DNA of 64,000 bases. Source: an uncultured Bryobacterales bacterium (GTDB taxonomy: Bacteria > Acidobacteriota > Terriglobia > Bryobacterales > UBA6623). Location of the stretch: positions 45,714 to 109,713 of the forward strand of contig OY282420.1 of the NCBI GenBank assembly GCA_958295955.1, read 5' to 3'. Below the pieces are notes generated by a model. It searched no databases, was not told the origin of the DNA, and saw only the letters and a program-made list of their open reading frames with translations. Positions 53,534 to 62,361 of this stretch are shown in pieces. The translations under genes were made by a program, and so were the position numbers. How positions within the stretch are numbered: position 1 is the stretch's first letter; every line of letters begins with the position of its first letter.

Positions 53534-54511
53534 CTAGCGATCGCCGAGAATCGAGCTCAGCACCGCGGGGTGAACGTTCCCTCCGCTGAGAACGCACACG
53601 ACCGGCGATCCGTCGGGCGGCGCGGCGCCTGCGAGCAGAGCGGCCGCCGCGACCGCGCCGCCGGGTTCGACGACCAGTTTTTGCTCCAGCGCCAGCAGAC
53701 GCACGGCGCGGGCGATCTCTTCCTCGCTCACCAGAACGACGCGGTCGACCAACTCCTGCGCGACTTGGAAAGTCGATTCGCCCGGAACCGCCACCGACAG
53801 CGCGTCGGCGAGCGATTCCGCCGGCGCAGACGCGGAGGCAATGCGTTTTCCTTGTTCGAGCGAGCGCTGCATCGACGGATTGGCCTGCGCTTGCACGCCG
53901 ACGATGCGGCATTCCGGCCGCGCGGCCTTGACCGCCAAGGCTATGCCCGCGATCAATCCGCCGCCGCTGATGGGCGCGAGAACGGTGAAAGCGCCCGGCA
54001 ACTGCGCGAGAAGCTCCAGACCCAGAGTCCCGTCCCCGGCGATCGTTTCAACCGAATCGTAGGGGTGCAGCAGCAAGCGGCCGCTCTCCTGCCGGATGCG
54101 CAGCGTCGTCTCCCAGCGCGCGGCGAACGTGTTTGCGCACAAGACCACGCGGCCGCCGAAAGACTCGGTGCGTTCCCGCTTGAACGCGGAGGCTTCCTCC
54201 ATCATCACGATGCGGGCATCGACCCCGAGCTCCGAGGCGGCGTAGGCGACGGCCTGCGCGAAGTTCCCCGACGACGAGGTCACCACGCCTGCCGCGCGAG
54301 CCTGCTCGTGGTACGCCAACATGCCGTTCAGAGCGGGGCGCGCCTTGAACGAGCCGGTCGGCTGCTGCGTTTCCAGCTTGAGCCAAACTTCGCGGCCCGC
54401 GCGGGCGCTCAAGAAGCGCGAGGACGCCAACGGCGTCGGCGGCAAATAGCCTTCGAGCCGCGCGCGGGCTTCATGTATCGGATCGTTGTAGCGCTCAATC
54501 AAGGACGGCAT
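53534..54511 (-). CDS. PLP-dependent threonine/serine dehydratase family enzyme (fold type II)
   Basis: ATG 54511. TPLASSRFLSARAGREVWLKLETQQPTGSFKARPALN (PLP-Lys), SSGNFAQAVAYAA, ISGGGLIAG. Confidence 0.75.
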   Translation of the reverse strand: MPSLIERYNDPIHEARARLEGYLPPTPLASSRFLSARAGREVWLKLETQQPTGSFKARPALNGMLAYHEQARAAGVVTSSSGNFAQAVAYAASELGVDARIVMMEEASAFKRERTESFGGRVVLCANTFAARWETTLRIRQESGRLLLHPYDSVETIAGDGTLGLELLAQLPGAFTVLAPISGGGLIAGIALAVKAARPECRIVGVQAQANPSMQRSLEQGKRIASASAPAESLADALSVAVPGESTFQVAQELVDRVVLVSEEEIARAVRLLALEQKLVVEPGGAVAAAALLAGAAPPDGSPVVCVLSGGNVHPAVLSSILGDR

Positions 54512-54558
54512 AGCGCATCGCAGCTTACAGCTTAAGCAAAATTGATACGGTAGGGACA

Positions 54559-56190
54559 ATGGCCGCCGCATGGGAGCCGCAGCCCGGCCTGACCCTGCCG
54601 GACGAGGATGAACGCGGCCGCCGCAGGCGCTTCATGCAGGGGCTGGTCGCGGAGCTTGACGCGCTGAGCGAGCGCGTCAAGTCCGGCGGCGGCGCGGAGC
54701 GCATCGAGCGCCGGCGCCGGGCGGGCAAGCTGACCGCGCGCGAGCGGATCGCCGAGTTGCTCGACGCCCCCGAAGAGTTTCTCGAACTCGGCCGACTCGT
54801 CGCCTACGACAGTTATGGCGGCATTGCCCCGGCCGCGGGGGTCGTCACCGGCATCGGCCGCATCTGCGGCAGGCCGACCGCAATCATGGCCAACGATGCC
54901 GCGGTCAAGGCCGGAACATGGTTTCCCGAAACGGTCGGCAAGATCCTGCGCATACAGGAAGCGGCGATGCGCTGCCGCATGCCGATCGTCTATCTGGTCG
55001 ATTCCGGCGGGATTTATCTGCCGCTGCAAGAGACAACGTTCCCCGGCAAGTACGGCGGCGCGCGCATTTTCTACAACAACTCGCTGATGCGCCGCCGTCT
55101 CAAAATCCCGCAGATCGCGGCGGTCATGGGACCGTGCATCGCCGGAGGCGCATACCTGCCGGCATTGAGCGACGTAATTTTCATGGTCGAAGGCGCCGGC
55201 TTCATGGGTCTCGGCGGCGCCAACCTGGTCAAGGGCGCCATCGGCAAAACCGTCGCTGCCGAAGAACTGGGCGGCGCGCGGATGCATACCGCGGTCAGCG
55301 GCGTCGCGCACTATCTGGCGGCCGACGACCGCGACTGTATCGCCAAGATCCGCGTTGCGATCGCCGACCTGCCGCGGTCTCCGGCGGCGCCGCCGCAAGC
55401 CGCCGCCCCGGCGCTCGACGACGACGGCATCGACAGCGTCCTTCCCGGCGACCGCCGCTTGCCTTACGACGTTCACGAGATCGTCGGGCGCATCGTCGAC
55501 GGCGAAGGTTGGCTGGAGTTCATGGCCGGCTACGCCCGCGAGTTGCTGTGCGCCAACGCGCGGATAGGCGGCCGTCCGGTCGGGCTGATCGCCAACCGCC
55601 GCGGCCTCTTCCGCCGCGGCGGCGCCGCCCGCATCGGCGCCATTCTTTACGCCGAAACCGCCCGCAAGGCCGCGCAATTCGTCGAGAAATGCGACCGCCA
55701 GGGGCATCCGCTGGTCTATCTCCAGGATGTGACCGGATTCATGGTGGGGCCGGAAGCCGAGCAGGGCGGCATTATTCGCGCCGGCGCGGAAATGGTCGAA
55801 AGCATGGCCTGCGCGCGCGTCCCCAAAATCGTCGTCACGCTCGCGCACGCCAGCGGGGCGGGGTATTACGCCTTGGCCGGGCAGGGCTTTTCCCCCGACT
55901 TCATCTTCAGTTGGCCGACCGCCCGCGTAGGGGTGATGGAAGGCGAGTCTGCGGTTCAGGCGCTGTTCGCCGCCGAGCTCGGCCGTCTGCGGGACGCGGG
56001 CGAGGAGCCGTCCGCCGAGCTTAAGGCCGCCATCGAGCGCACCCGCGCCGATTACGAGCGCTGCCTGGACGCCAAATGGTGCGCCGCCCGCGGCTATGTC
56101 GATGCCGTGATCCGCCCCCGCGATACGCGCCGCGTCCTGAGCTTCTGCCTGGAAGCCGCGCAGAACGCCGGCCCGCCCATATTGTTATGA
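54559..56190 (+). CDS. acyl-CoA carboxylase carboxyltransferase (beta) subunit, methylcrotonyl-CoA-carboxylase-beta-like
   Basis: GKLTARERIAELLD..FLELG, ANDAAVKAGTWFPETVGKILRIQEAA, PIVYLVDSGGIYLPLQ, GPCIAGGAYLPALSD, GGARMH. No biotin carboxylase/BCCP gene adjacent. Confidence 0.8.
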   Translation: MAAAWEPQPGLTLPDEDERGRRRRFMQGLVAELDALSERVKSGGGAERIERRRRAGKLTARERIAELLDAPEEFLELGRLVAYDSYGGIAPAAGVVTGIGRICGRPTAIMANDAAVKAGTWFPETVGKILRIQEAAMRCRMPIVYLVDSGGIYLPLQETTFPGKYGGARIFYNNSLMRRRLKIPQIAAVMGPCIAGGAYLPALSDVIFMVEGAGFMGLGGANLVKGAIGKTVAAEELGGARMHTAVSGVAHYLAADDRDCIAKIRVAIADLPRSPAAPPQAAAPALDDDGIDSVLPGDRRLPYDVHEIVGRIVDGEGWLEFMAGYARELLCANARIGGRPVGLIANRRGLFRRGGAARIGAILYAETARKAAQFVEKCDRQGHPLVYLQDVTGFMVGPEAEQGGIIRAGAEMVESMACARVPKIVVTLAHASGAGYYALAGQGFSPDFIFSWPTARVGVMEGESAVQALFAAELGRLRDAGEEPSAELKAAIERTRADYERCLDAKWCAARGYVDAVIRPRDTRRVLSFCLEAAQNAGPPILL

Positions 56191-56215
56191 TCGGAAAAGA
56201 GGCCGCGCGCAGCTT

Positions 56216-57148
56216 GTGACCGAATTCGACGCGGCTACCGTCTCCGCTGAAGGCCAAGCCGTTCTCGACCGGATCGGCAACACGCCCCTGATCCGCCTGC
56301 AGCGGATCGCCGCCGCGACGCCGCACGTGGCGATCTTCGGCAAGGCGGAATACTTCAATCCCGGCGGCTCGGTGAAAGACCGCCCCGCCTGGAACATGAT
56401 CCGCGAAGGCGAGCGAAGCGGCAAGCTGCGCCCGGGCGGCACGATTATCGACGCGACCAGCGGCAATACCGGTATCGCCTACGCCATGATCGGCGCCGTC
56501 CGCGGCTATCGCGTCAAGTTGTTTCTGCCCGAAAACGCCTCTCCCGAAAGGAAGAAGATTCTGCGGGCGTACGGCGCCGAGTTGGCGCTCACCGACGCCG
56601 GCGAGCAGACTGACGGCGCGATCCGCGCCTGTCAGGCCGAGCACCGGGCGCATCCCGGACGCTATTTCTATCCCGACCAGTACGGCAACCCGGCGAACTG
56701 GCAAGCCCACTACGGTACGACCGGCCCCGAAATCCTGCGCCAGACCGCCGGACGCCTGACGCACTTCGTCTGCGGACTCGGCACCAGCGGCACCATGATG
56801 GGAGTGGGGCGTTTCCTGCGTGAGCGCGTCCCTCATGCGCGCCTCGTGTCGATGCAGCCGGCGACGCCTCTGCACGGTCTCGAAGGTCTCAAGCACATGG
56901 CGACGACCATCGAGCCGGGCATCTACGACGAGTCCGTCGCCCACGAGAGCGTTTTCGTCGAAACCGAGGACGCCTACGAGACGGTCAAGCGGCTGGCCCG
57001 CGAAGAGGGGCTGATGGTCGGCATTTCTTCCGGCGCCAACGTCGCCGCGGCCTTGCGCCTGGCGGAGAAGCTGGAAAGCGGCGTAATCGTAACCGTGCTC
57101 TGCGACGGCGCCGACAAATATCTGAGCGCGCATTTCTGGGATGACTGA
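56216..57148 (+). CDS. cysM: cysteine synthase B-type (CysM-like, resembles the mycobacterial O-phosphoserine/thiocarboxylate-dependent enzyme)
   Basis: IGNTPLIRLQRI, NPGGSVKDRPAWNMI (PLP-Lys), DATSGNTGIAYAMIG, DQYGNPANWQAHYGTTGPEI, THFVCGLGTSGTMMGVGRFLRE. GTG start. Confidence 0.75.
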   Translation: MTEFDAATVSAEGQAVLDRIGNTPLIRLQRIAAATPHVAIFGKAEYFNPGGSVKDRPAWNMIREGERSGKLRPGGTIIDATSGNTGIAYAMIGAVRGYRVKLFLPENASPERKKILRAYGAELALTDAGEQTDGAIRACQAEHRAHPGRYFYPDQYGNPANWQAHYGTTGPEILRQTAGRLTHFVCGLGTSGTMMGVGRFLRERVPHARLVSMQPATPLHGLEGLKHMATTIEPGIYDESVAHESVFVETEDAYETVKRLAREEGLMVGISSGANVAAALRLAEKLESGVIVTVLCDGADKYLSAHFWDD

Positions 57149-57153
57149 AAGCC

Positions 57154-57576
57154 GTGCTGCGCATTGCCAAAGAACCCTTCGAGCGGATGAAGGCGCATGC
57201 CGAAGCGGCCTACCCCAACGAATGCGTCGGCGCGATGCTGGGGAAGAGCGGCAGCGGCGGCAAAGTCGTGGACATCGCGATGCCGCTGGAGAACTCGGCG
57301 GAGGGCTCGCAGCGCGCTTTCTACCGCCTTTCCACCGAGCATTTGCTCGCGGCCGACAAGGCGGCGCGGGAGCAGAGCAGGGAACTGATCGGCATTTACC
57401 ACTCCCACCCCGACGCCGCAGCCTACTTTTCCGAAACCGACCTCAAGAACTCCTGTCCTTGGTACTCGTTCGTCGTCCTGTCGGTCAAGGGCGGCAGGTA
57501 CGACCACGCGAACAGTTGGCTGCCCGACTTCGAGCAAACCGGAGCCGAGCGAGAAGAGTTGGAAATAGGCGGTTAG
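57154..57576 (+). CDS. mec: JAMM/MPN+ (Mov34) metalloprotease, Mec-like
   Basis: GTG 57154, 5 nt after the cysM stop. YPNECVGAMLG (catalytic Glu) and IGIYHSHPDAAAYFSETD (H-x-H-x7-S-x2-D JAMM motif). Confidence 0.75.
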   Translation: MLRIAKEPFERMKAHAEAAYPNECVGAMLGKSGSGGKVVDIAMPLENSAEGSQRAFYRLSTEHLLAADKAAREQSRELIGIYHSHPDAAAYFSETDLKNSCPWYSFVVLSVKGGRYDHANSWLPDFEQTGAEREELEIGG

Positions 57577-57658
57577 GGCGGAACGCCGCGGACCGGCTTA
57601 GCCTGCGTTCGGCAACAGCGGCGACCGTTACGGTTTCCGCGCGGCCCGGCAAGCGAAA

Positions 57659-58837
57659 CTATACCGTCTCGGCGCTGCGCAGCCGCTCGATTTCTTCCGC
57701 CGCGTAGCCGAGCTCGGCGAGGATTTCTTCGTTGTGCTCGCCGGGTTGCGGGGCGCGCGCGCGGATGTTCGCCGGGGTTGTCGAGAGGCGCACCGGCGGA
57801 GCGGCGAGCGGCACGTCTTGGGGCGCTCCCGGATAGGGCGCGTATTCCAGCAGTCCCCGCGCCCGCACCTGGGGATCGCGCAGCGTTTCGTCCAGGGTAT
57901 AAAGCGGGCCGACAGGCACGCGGGCGCGCTCGAGTTCGTCGATCACCTGCTGCGTCGTGCGCCGCCGGCACCAGGGGATCATCGCCGCGTCGATCGTCTC
58001 GCGATGGTCCGCTCGGTCGAGATCGGTCTGCGTATGCTCGTGCTCGATCAGATCTTCGCGGCCCACGGCCCGAGCCCAGCGGGCGAACATCGGCCCGCCG
58101 TTGCAGGCGACGACGACCCAGCCGTCTTTCGTCTTGTAGGCGTCGCTCGGCGCGGCCCAGTATGCGGCGTTGCCCTGGCGTTCGCGGCGTATGCCCGTAA
58201 CGCGCCGCTCGGCCAAAAAGGCCGCCATGAAGGTCACGCCCGTGGCCAACAGCGAAGCATCCACCAATTGCCCTTGCCCCGTTTTCTCGCGGTGATGGAG
58301 CGCCGCCATCGTGCCGAAAGCGGCGTGCAGGGCCGTTCCGTAGTCCTCGAAGGGCACGAGCGCCCGCACCGGACTCTCCGCAAACCCTGTAAGCCGCATG
58401 GCGCCGCTCATCGCCTGCGCCACGGCGTCGAAGCCGACGCGCTCGGCATAAGGGCCGTCCGGTCCGAAGGTCGAGATCATCGTCAGAATAATGTCGGGCT
58501 TGATTGCCTTGAGGCTGTCGTAGTCGATGCCCATCTTCTTCATGACCGCGAGCGGCAAATTGGCGATCACCACGTCGGCGGACTCGACCAGCCGGCGGAT
58601 CAACTCGCGGCCGCCGGGCTGCGCGGGGCTGAGCGTCAGGCTGCGCTTGTTGCGGTTGATCGACAGAAACATCCCGCCTTCTCCGCTTGCGGCGACCGGC
58701 CCCAGGTAGCGGTCTTCGCTGCCCCCGCGGCGGTCGATGCGGATAACGTCCGCGCCGAAATCGGCCAGCATCATGCCGCAGTAGGGGCCGGCGATATAGC
58801 GTCCGAAGTCGATGACGCGGATGTTGGAAAGCAGCAT
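57659..58837 (-). CDS. family III CoA-transferase (CaiB/BaiF)
   Basis: MLLSNIRVIDFGRYIAGPYCGMMLADFGADVIRID and downstream family-III blocks. Confidence 0.85.
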   Translation of the reverse strand: MLLSNIRVIDFGRYIAGPYCGMMLADFGADVIRIDRRGGSEDRYLGPVAASGEGGMFLSINRNKRSLTLSPAQPGGRELIRRLVESADVVIANLPLAVMKKMGIDYDSLKAIKPDIILTMISTFGPDGPYAERVGFDAVAQAMSGAMRLTGFAESPVRALVPFEDYGTALHAAFGTMAALHHREKTGQGQLVDASLLATGVTFMAAFLAERRVTGIRRERQGNAAYWAAPSDAYKTKDGWVVVACNGGPMFARWARAVGREDLIEHEHTQTDLDRADHRETIDAAMIPWCRRRTTQQVIDELERARVPVGPLYTLDETLRDPQVRARGLLEYAPYPGAPQDVPLAAPPVRLSTTPANIRARAPQPGEHNEEILAELGYAAEEIERLRSAETV

Positions 58838-58888
58838 AAACTATAGGTCTCGAGAGTCGGCGATTCGATCTTCTCGATAGTATCAGCC

Positions 58889-60169
58889 ATGCGCATCACT
58901 AAACTGACGGTTCGCGACATCCGCTTTCCCACCTCGCAAGACCTTGCGGGCTCCGATGCGATGAACCCGGACCCCGATTATTCCGCCGCCTACGTCGTGC
59001 TGGAAACCGACTCGGAGCATTGCGGCCACGGCCTGGCCTTCACGCTCGGGCGCGGAACGGAAATCGTCGTCCAGGCCGTCAAGGCGTTCGCGCCGCTGAT
59101 CGCCGGCCGTTCGCTCGAGGAATTCACCGCCGACATGGGCAAGTGCTGGCGCCGCGTCACCGGCGACTCGCAGTTGCGCTGGATCGGCCCCGAAAAGGGC
59201 GCCGTTCATCTGGCCGCGGGTGCGGTGGTCAATGCCGTGTGGGACCTCTGGGCGAAATCCGAGGGCAAGCCCGTCTGGCGCCTCGTCGCCGACTTTTCTC
59301 CGGAGGAGTTCGTACGCGCGATCGACTTCCGCTACATCACCGACGCGCTATCGCCCGGCGAAGCCCGCGAACTGCTCGCAGAGCGCGCCGACTCGAAACG
59401 CAGCCGCATCGCCCGCATGGAAGCCTGGGGCTACCCGGCATATACGACCTCCGCCGGCTGGCTGGGCTATTCCGACGAAAAGATCCGCGCGCTCTGCCGC
59501 GAAGGGCTCGAAAAGGGGTGGGACCGCTTCAAGATCAAAGTCGGCCGCGATCTGCAGGAGGATATCCGCCGCTGCCGGATCATCCGCGAAGAAATAGGCG
59601 CCGACCGCGCTCTGATGACCGACGCCAACCAGGTTTGGGAGGTCGGCCAAGCCGCGGCCTGGATGGAGCGTCTGGCGCCCTTCCGGCCGCTGTGGATCGA
59701 GGAGCCGACCAGCCCCGACGACGTGCTCGGCCACAAGGCGATCCGCGAGGCGCTGAAGCCCTTCGGCATCGCCGTCGCCACGGGCGAGATGTGCCAGAAC
59801 CGCATTCTTTTCAAGCAGTTCTTGCAGGCTGACGCCATCGACTTCGTGCAAATCGACAGTTCCCGCCTGGGCGGCGTGAACGAAGTCCTGGCCGTGCTTC
59901 TGCTGGCGGCTAAATTTGACAAGCCCGTCTGCCCGCACGCCGGTGGAGTGGGCTTGTGCGAATACGTCCAGCACCTCTCCCTCATCGATTACATCTGCGT
60001 TTCGGGCGCGCTCGAGAGCCGCGTCCTGGAGTACGTCGACCATCTCCACGAGCATTTCGTAACGCCCGTTCAGATCGAAAACGGCTGCTACATGCCTCCG
60101 ACAGCCCCCGGCTACAGCATTGAGATGAAACCCGAGTCGCTGGCGCGGCATGAGTTCGGGGGAGTATGA
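58889..60169 (+). CDS. fucD: L-fuconate dehydratase-like enolase-superfamily enzyme
   Basis: MRITKLTVRDIRFPTSQDLAGSDAMNPDPDYSAAYVVLETD..GHGLAFTLGRG N-terminus is characteristic of FucD. Also KIKVG, DANQVW, IEEPTSPDD, ATGE, VCPHAGGVGLCE. Confidence 0.8.
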   Translation: MRITKLTVRDIRFPTSQDLAGSDAMNPDPDYSAAYVVLETDSEHCGHGLAFTLGRGTEIVVQAVKAFAPLIAGRSLEEFTADMGKCWRRVTGDSQLRWIGPEKGAVHLAAGAVVNAVWDLWAKSEGKPVWRLVADFSPEEFVRAIDFRYITDALSPGEARELLAERADSKRSRIARMEAWGYPAYTTSAGWLGYSDEKIRALCREGLEKGWDRFKIKVGRDLQEDIRRCRIIREEIGADRALMTDANQVWEVGQAAAWMERLAPFRPLWIEEPTSPDDVLGHKAIREALKPFGIAVATGEMCQNRILFKQFLQADAIDFVQIDSSRLGGVNEVLAVLLLAAKFDKPVCPHAGGVGLCEYVQHLSLIDYICVSGALESRVLEYVDHLHEHFVTPVQIENGCYMPPTAPGYSIEMKPESLARHEFGGV

Positions 60170-60308
60170 TGTTCGCCGGTACGACGGCGCCGGCCGCCCC
60201 AAGCGATTTCGGCGCGGGCGAAGGCGCCCGTTCGACGCGGCGGAGTTACGCCTCACCGTCGCCGGCCGCAGCAGCCAATCGGGCGTCACGATAGCGGTTG
60301 AGTAAGGC

Positions 60309-60338
60309 GCGATCGAGCGCGGCGCCGCGCTCGATCGC
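60309..60338. terminator. perfect 30-bp palindrome GCGATCGAGCGCGGC|GCCGCGCTCGATCGC between convergent fucD and mutL
   Basis: Read directly, with no mismatch. Would fold as a hairpin of about 13 bp in either transcript. No flanking U-tract, so a bidirectional terminator or a protein-binding site are both possible. Confidence 0.35.
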
Positions 60339-60342
60339 CACT

Positions 60343-60359
60343 GCCGCGCGCAGCGCGGC
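60343..60359 (-). terminator. GC hairpin GCCGCGC-GCA-GCGCGGC abutting the mutL stop codon
   Basis: 7-bp perfect stem and 3-nt loop, directly adjacent to the mutL stop (60360-62). No U-tract. Confidence 0.3.
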
Positions 60360-62327
60360 CTAAATGCGGTGGAAGGCTTTGAGGATGTCCCTTGTGCCGT
60401 ACTTGAGGGCGATCGGACGGCCGTGAGGGCACGACATCGGGCAGTCGGTCTGGGCCAGCGTATCGAGCAGCCAGCGCATTTTCTCCGGCTCGAGCGGCGT
60501 GTTGATCTTGATCGCGGCATGGCAGGCGACCGTCGCGGCCATCCAGCGGCGGAGATCGTCCAGGGAAAGCTCGCGCATCTCGCGTTGCGGGGTTTCCAGG
60601 ATTTCATGCACCAACCGCTCGACCTCGCGCGGCGACAGCGCCGCCGGCGCCGCCTTGACGGCGATCGTGCGCCGTCCGAACGGCTCCAACTCGAAACCGT
60701 TGGCCCGGAACTCCGCTTCGATTTCCGTGAATGCGATCTGCTGCTCGGGCGTGAGCGTCAACACGAGCGGCATCAGCAACCGCTGCGTTTCCACTTGGCC
60801 GGACATTCGCCCGGCCAGCACTCTTTCGAAGAGAATGCGCTCATGGGCGACGTGTTGATCGATGATCCAGAGTCCGTCCGCGCCTGCGGCGACGATGAAG
60901 CTTTCCTGAATCTGACCGAGCAGCCGCAGGTTGGACAGGTCCGCCAAGCTTTCGGGGAGACGGTCCGCCAGCGGGGCGCGGCTGTGCGTCGCGTAGTCGG
61001 CCGCGCCGGAGGATTCCGAGGCGGGCAAGGCGTCCCTGACCGCGGCGCTTTCCGGCGGCCCGTCTATTCTTTGCGAGGCGGCGGCAACTTCGATGACCGC
61101 GTTCGCGTTGAAGTCGAGCCGCGCCGGCGCCGCCGGTTCCTGCTGCGGGCCGGAAGATTCGCCGCCGGTCTCGCGGTCCGGCGGCGCTGCGGACGACGGC
61201 GGGTCCGCAGCCGATTCCGCCGCGGCCTCGGGCGGCGGCAGCTTCGATACGGGCTTCGTCCTTTCCAGACAAGCGCGAATCGAGTCGCGCACGAAATCGT
61301 GAACGAACGATTGATGCCTGAAGCGCACCTCGGTCTTCGACGGGTGGACGTTGACATCGACCTCTTCCGGCGCGAGATCGAGGAACAAAAGCGCAAAGGG
61401 GAAGCAGCCGGGCGGCATGAAATTGTGGTAAGCCGAAGAAATCGCCTTGAGAATCACCTTGTCGCGAATCAAGCGCTTGTTGACGAAGATATAGACCGAG
61501 TTCCAGTTGAGCTTTTGCACTTGCGGCTCGGAAACGAATCCGTGCAAACGAAACGCCCTTGCGGCGTCGCCGGTCTTGCTTTCGCGGAAAGACTGCACGG
61601 CGCGGGTCGCCGGCGCCGGAGAAGCGGCGATTTCCAGAACCCGCTCGGCCGGGTCGAGCTCGACGAGGCGGTCGAGCGCGTCTCCGCCGAAAATCTGATA
61701 AATCCTTTCCTGCAGCGTCTCGACCGGCGTAACGTTCAGCAGCGCGGCGTGCTCGTTGCTCAACAGGAACGACTTGTCGCAGTGCGCCAGACTGTAATGC
61801 GTCACGAGTTGCACGATGTGGCCGAGCTCGGTTTTTTCGGTGCGCAGGAACTTCCGCCGCGCGGGAACGTTGTAGAACAAGTCGCGCACCGTAATGCTCG
61901 TGCCGGGAGTCAACGCTTCTTCCCGAACGTCGCGCATGCGGCCGCCGTGAATTTCCACGACGACGCCGACATCCCGACCTTCGAGTTGGGTTTCGAGCAA
62001 TAACCGCGACACGCTGCCGATCGAGGGCAGCGCTTCTCCGCGAAACCCCAGCGTGGGGATCGCCAGCAAGTCGCCGACTTCGCGCAGCTTGCTCGTGGCG
62101 TGGCGCTCGAAGGCCAGCATCGCGTCGTCGTCGCCCATGCCGCAGCCGTTGTCCACGACGCGGATCGAACGCCGCCCGCCCGCCTGCACCTCGATGCGCA
62201 ACCGCGTCGCCCCTGCGTCGATCGAGTTTTCCAGCAGCTCTTTGCAGACGGACGCGGGCCGTTCGACCACTTCGCCCGCGGCGATCTGGTTGGCTACCCG
62301 CGTCGGTAGAACTTTGATGCGGCCCAT
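60360..62327 (-). CDS. mutL: DNA mismatch repair protein MutL
   Basis: MGRIKVLPTRVANQIAAGEVVERPASVCKELLENSIDAGATRLRIEV, GFRGEALPSI. Disordered P/A/S linker. C-terminal dimerisation/endonuclease region (DQHVAHERILFE, ACHAAIK, CPHGRP). Confidence 0.92.
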   Translation of the reverse strand: MGRIKVLPTRVANQIAAGEVVERPASVCKELLENSIDAGATRLRIEVQAGGRRSIRVVDNGCGMGDDDAMLAFERHATSKLREVGDLLAIPTLGFRGEALPSIGSVSRLLLETQLEGRDVGVVVEIHGGRMRDVREEALTPGTSITVRDLFYNVPARRKFLRTEKTELGHIVQLVTHYSLAHCDKSFLLSNEHAALLNVTPVETLQERIYQIFGGDALDRLVELDPAERVLEIAASPAPATRAVQSFRESKTGDAARAFRLHGFVSEPQVQKLNWNSVYIFVNKRLIRDKVILKAISSAYHNFMPPGCFPFALLFLDLAPEEVDVNVHPSKTEVRFRHQSFVHDFVRDSIRACLERTKPVSKLPPPEAAAESAADPPSSAAPPDRETGGESSGPQQEPAAPARLDFNANAVIEVAAASQRIDGPPESAAVRDALPASESSGAADYATHSRAPLADRLPESLADLSNLRLLGQIQESFIVAAGADGLWIIDQHVAHERILFERVLAGRMSGQVETQRLLMPLVLTLTPEQQIAFTEIEAEFRANGFELEPFGRRTIAVKAAPAALSPREVERLVHEILETPQREMRELSLDDLRRWMAATVACHAAIKINTPLEPEKMRWLLDTLAQTDCPMSCPHGRPIALKYGTRDILKAFHRI

Positions 62328-62361
62328 TGCAGGCAACGGCGCAACGCGGCGCCGGTTCTCG

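Noticed and set aside
60170-60301. 43-codon ORF (MFAGTTAPAAPSDFGAGEGARST..) starting right after the fucD stop.
   Set aside because: Low-complexity Ala/Pro/Gly/Arg composition, no RBS, and it lies in a convergent intergenic region dominated by palindromes. Treated as non-coding.
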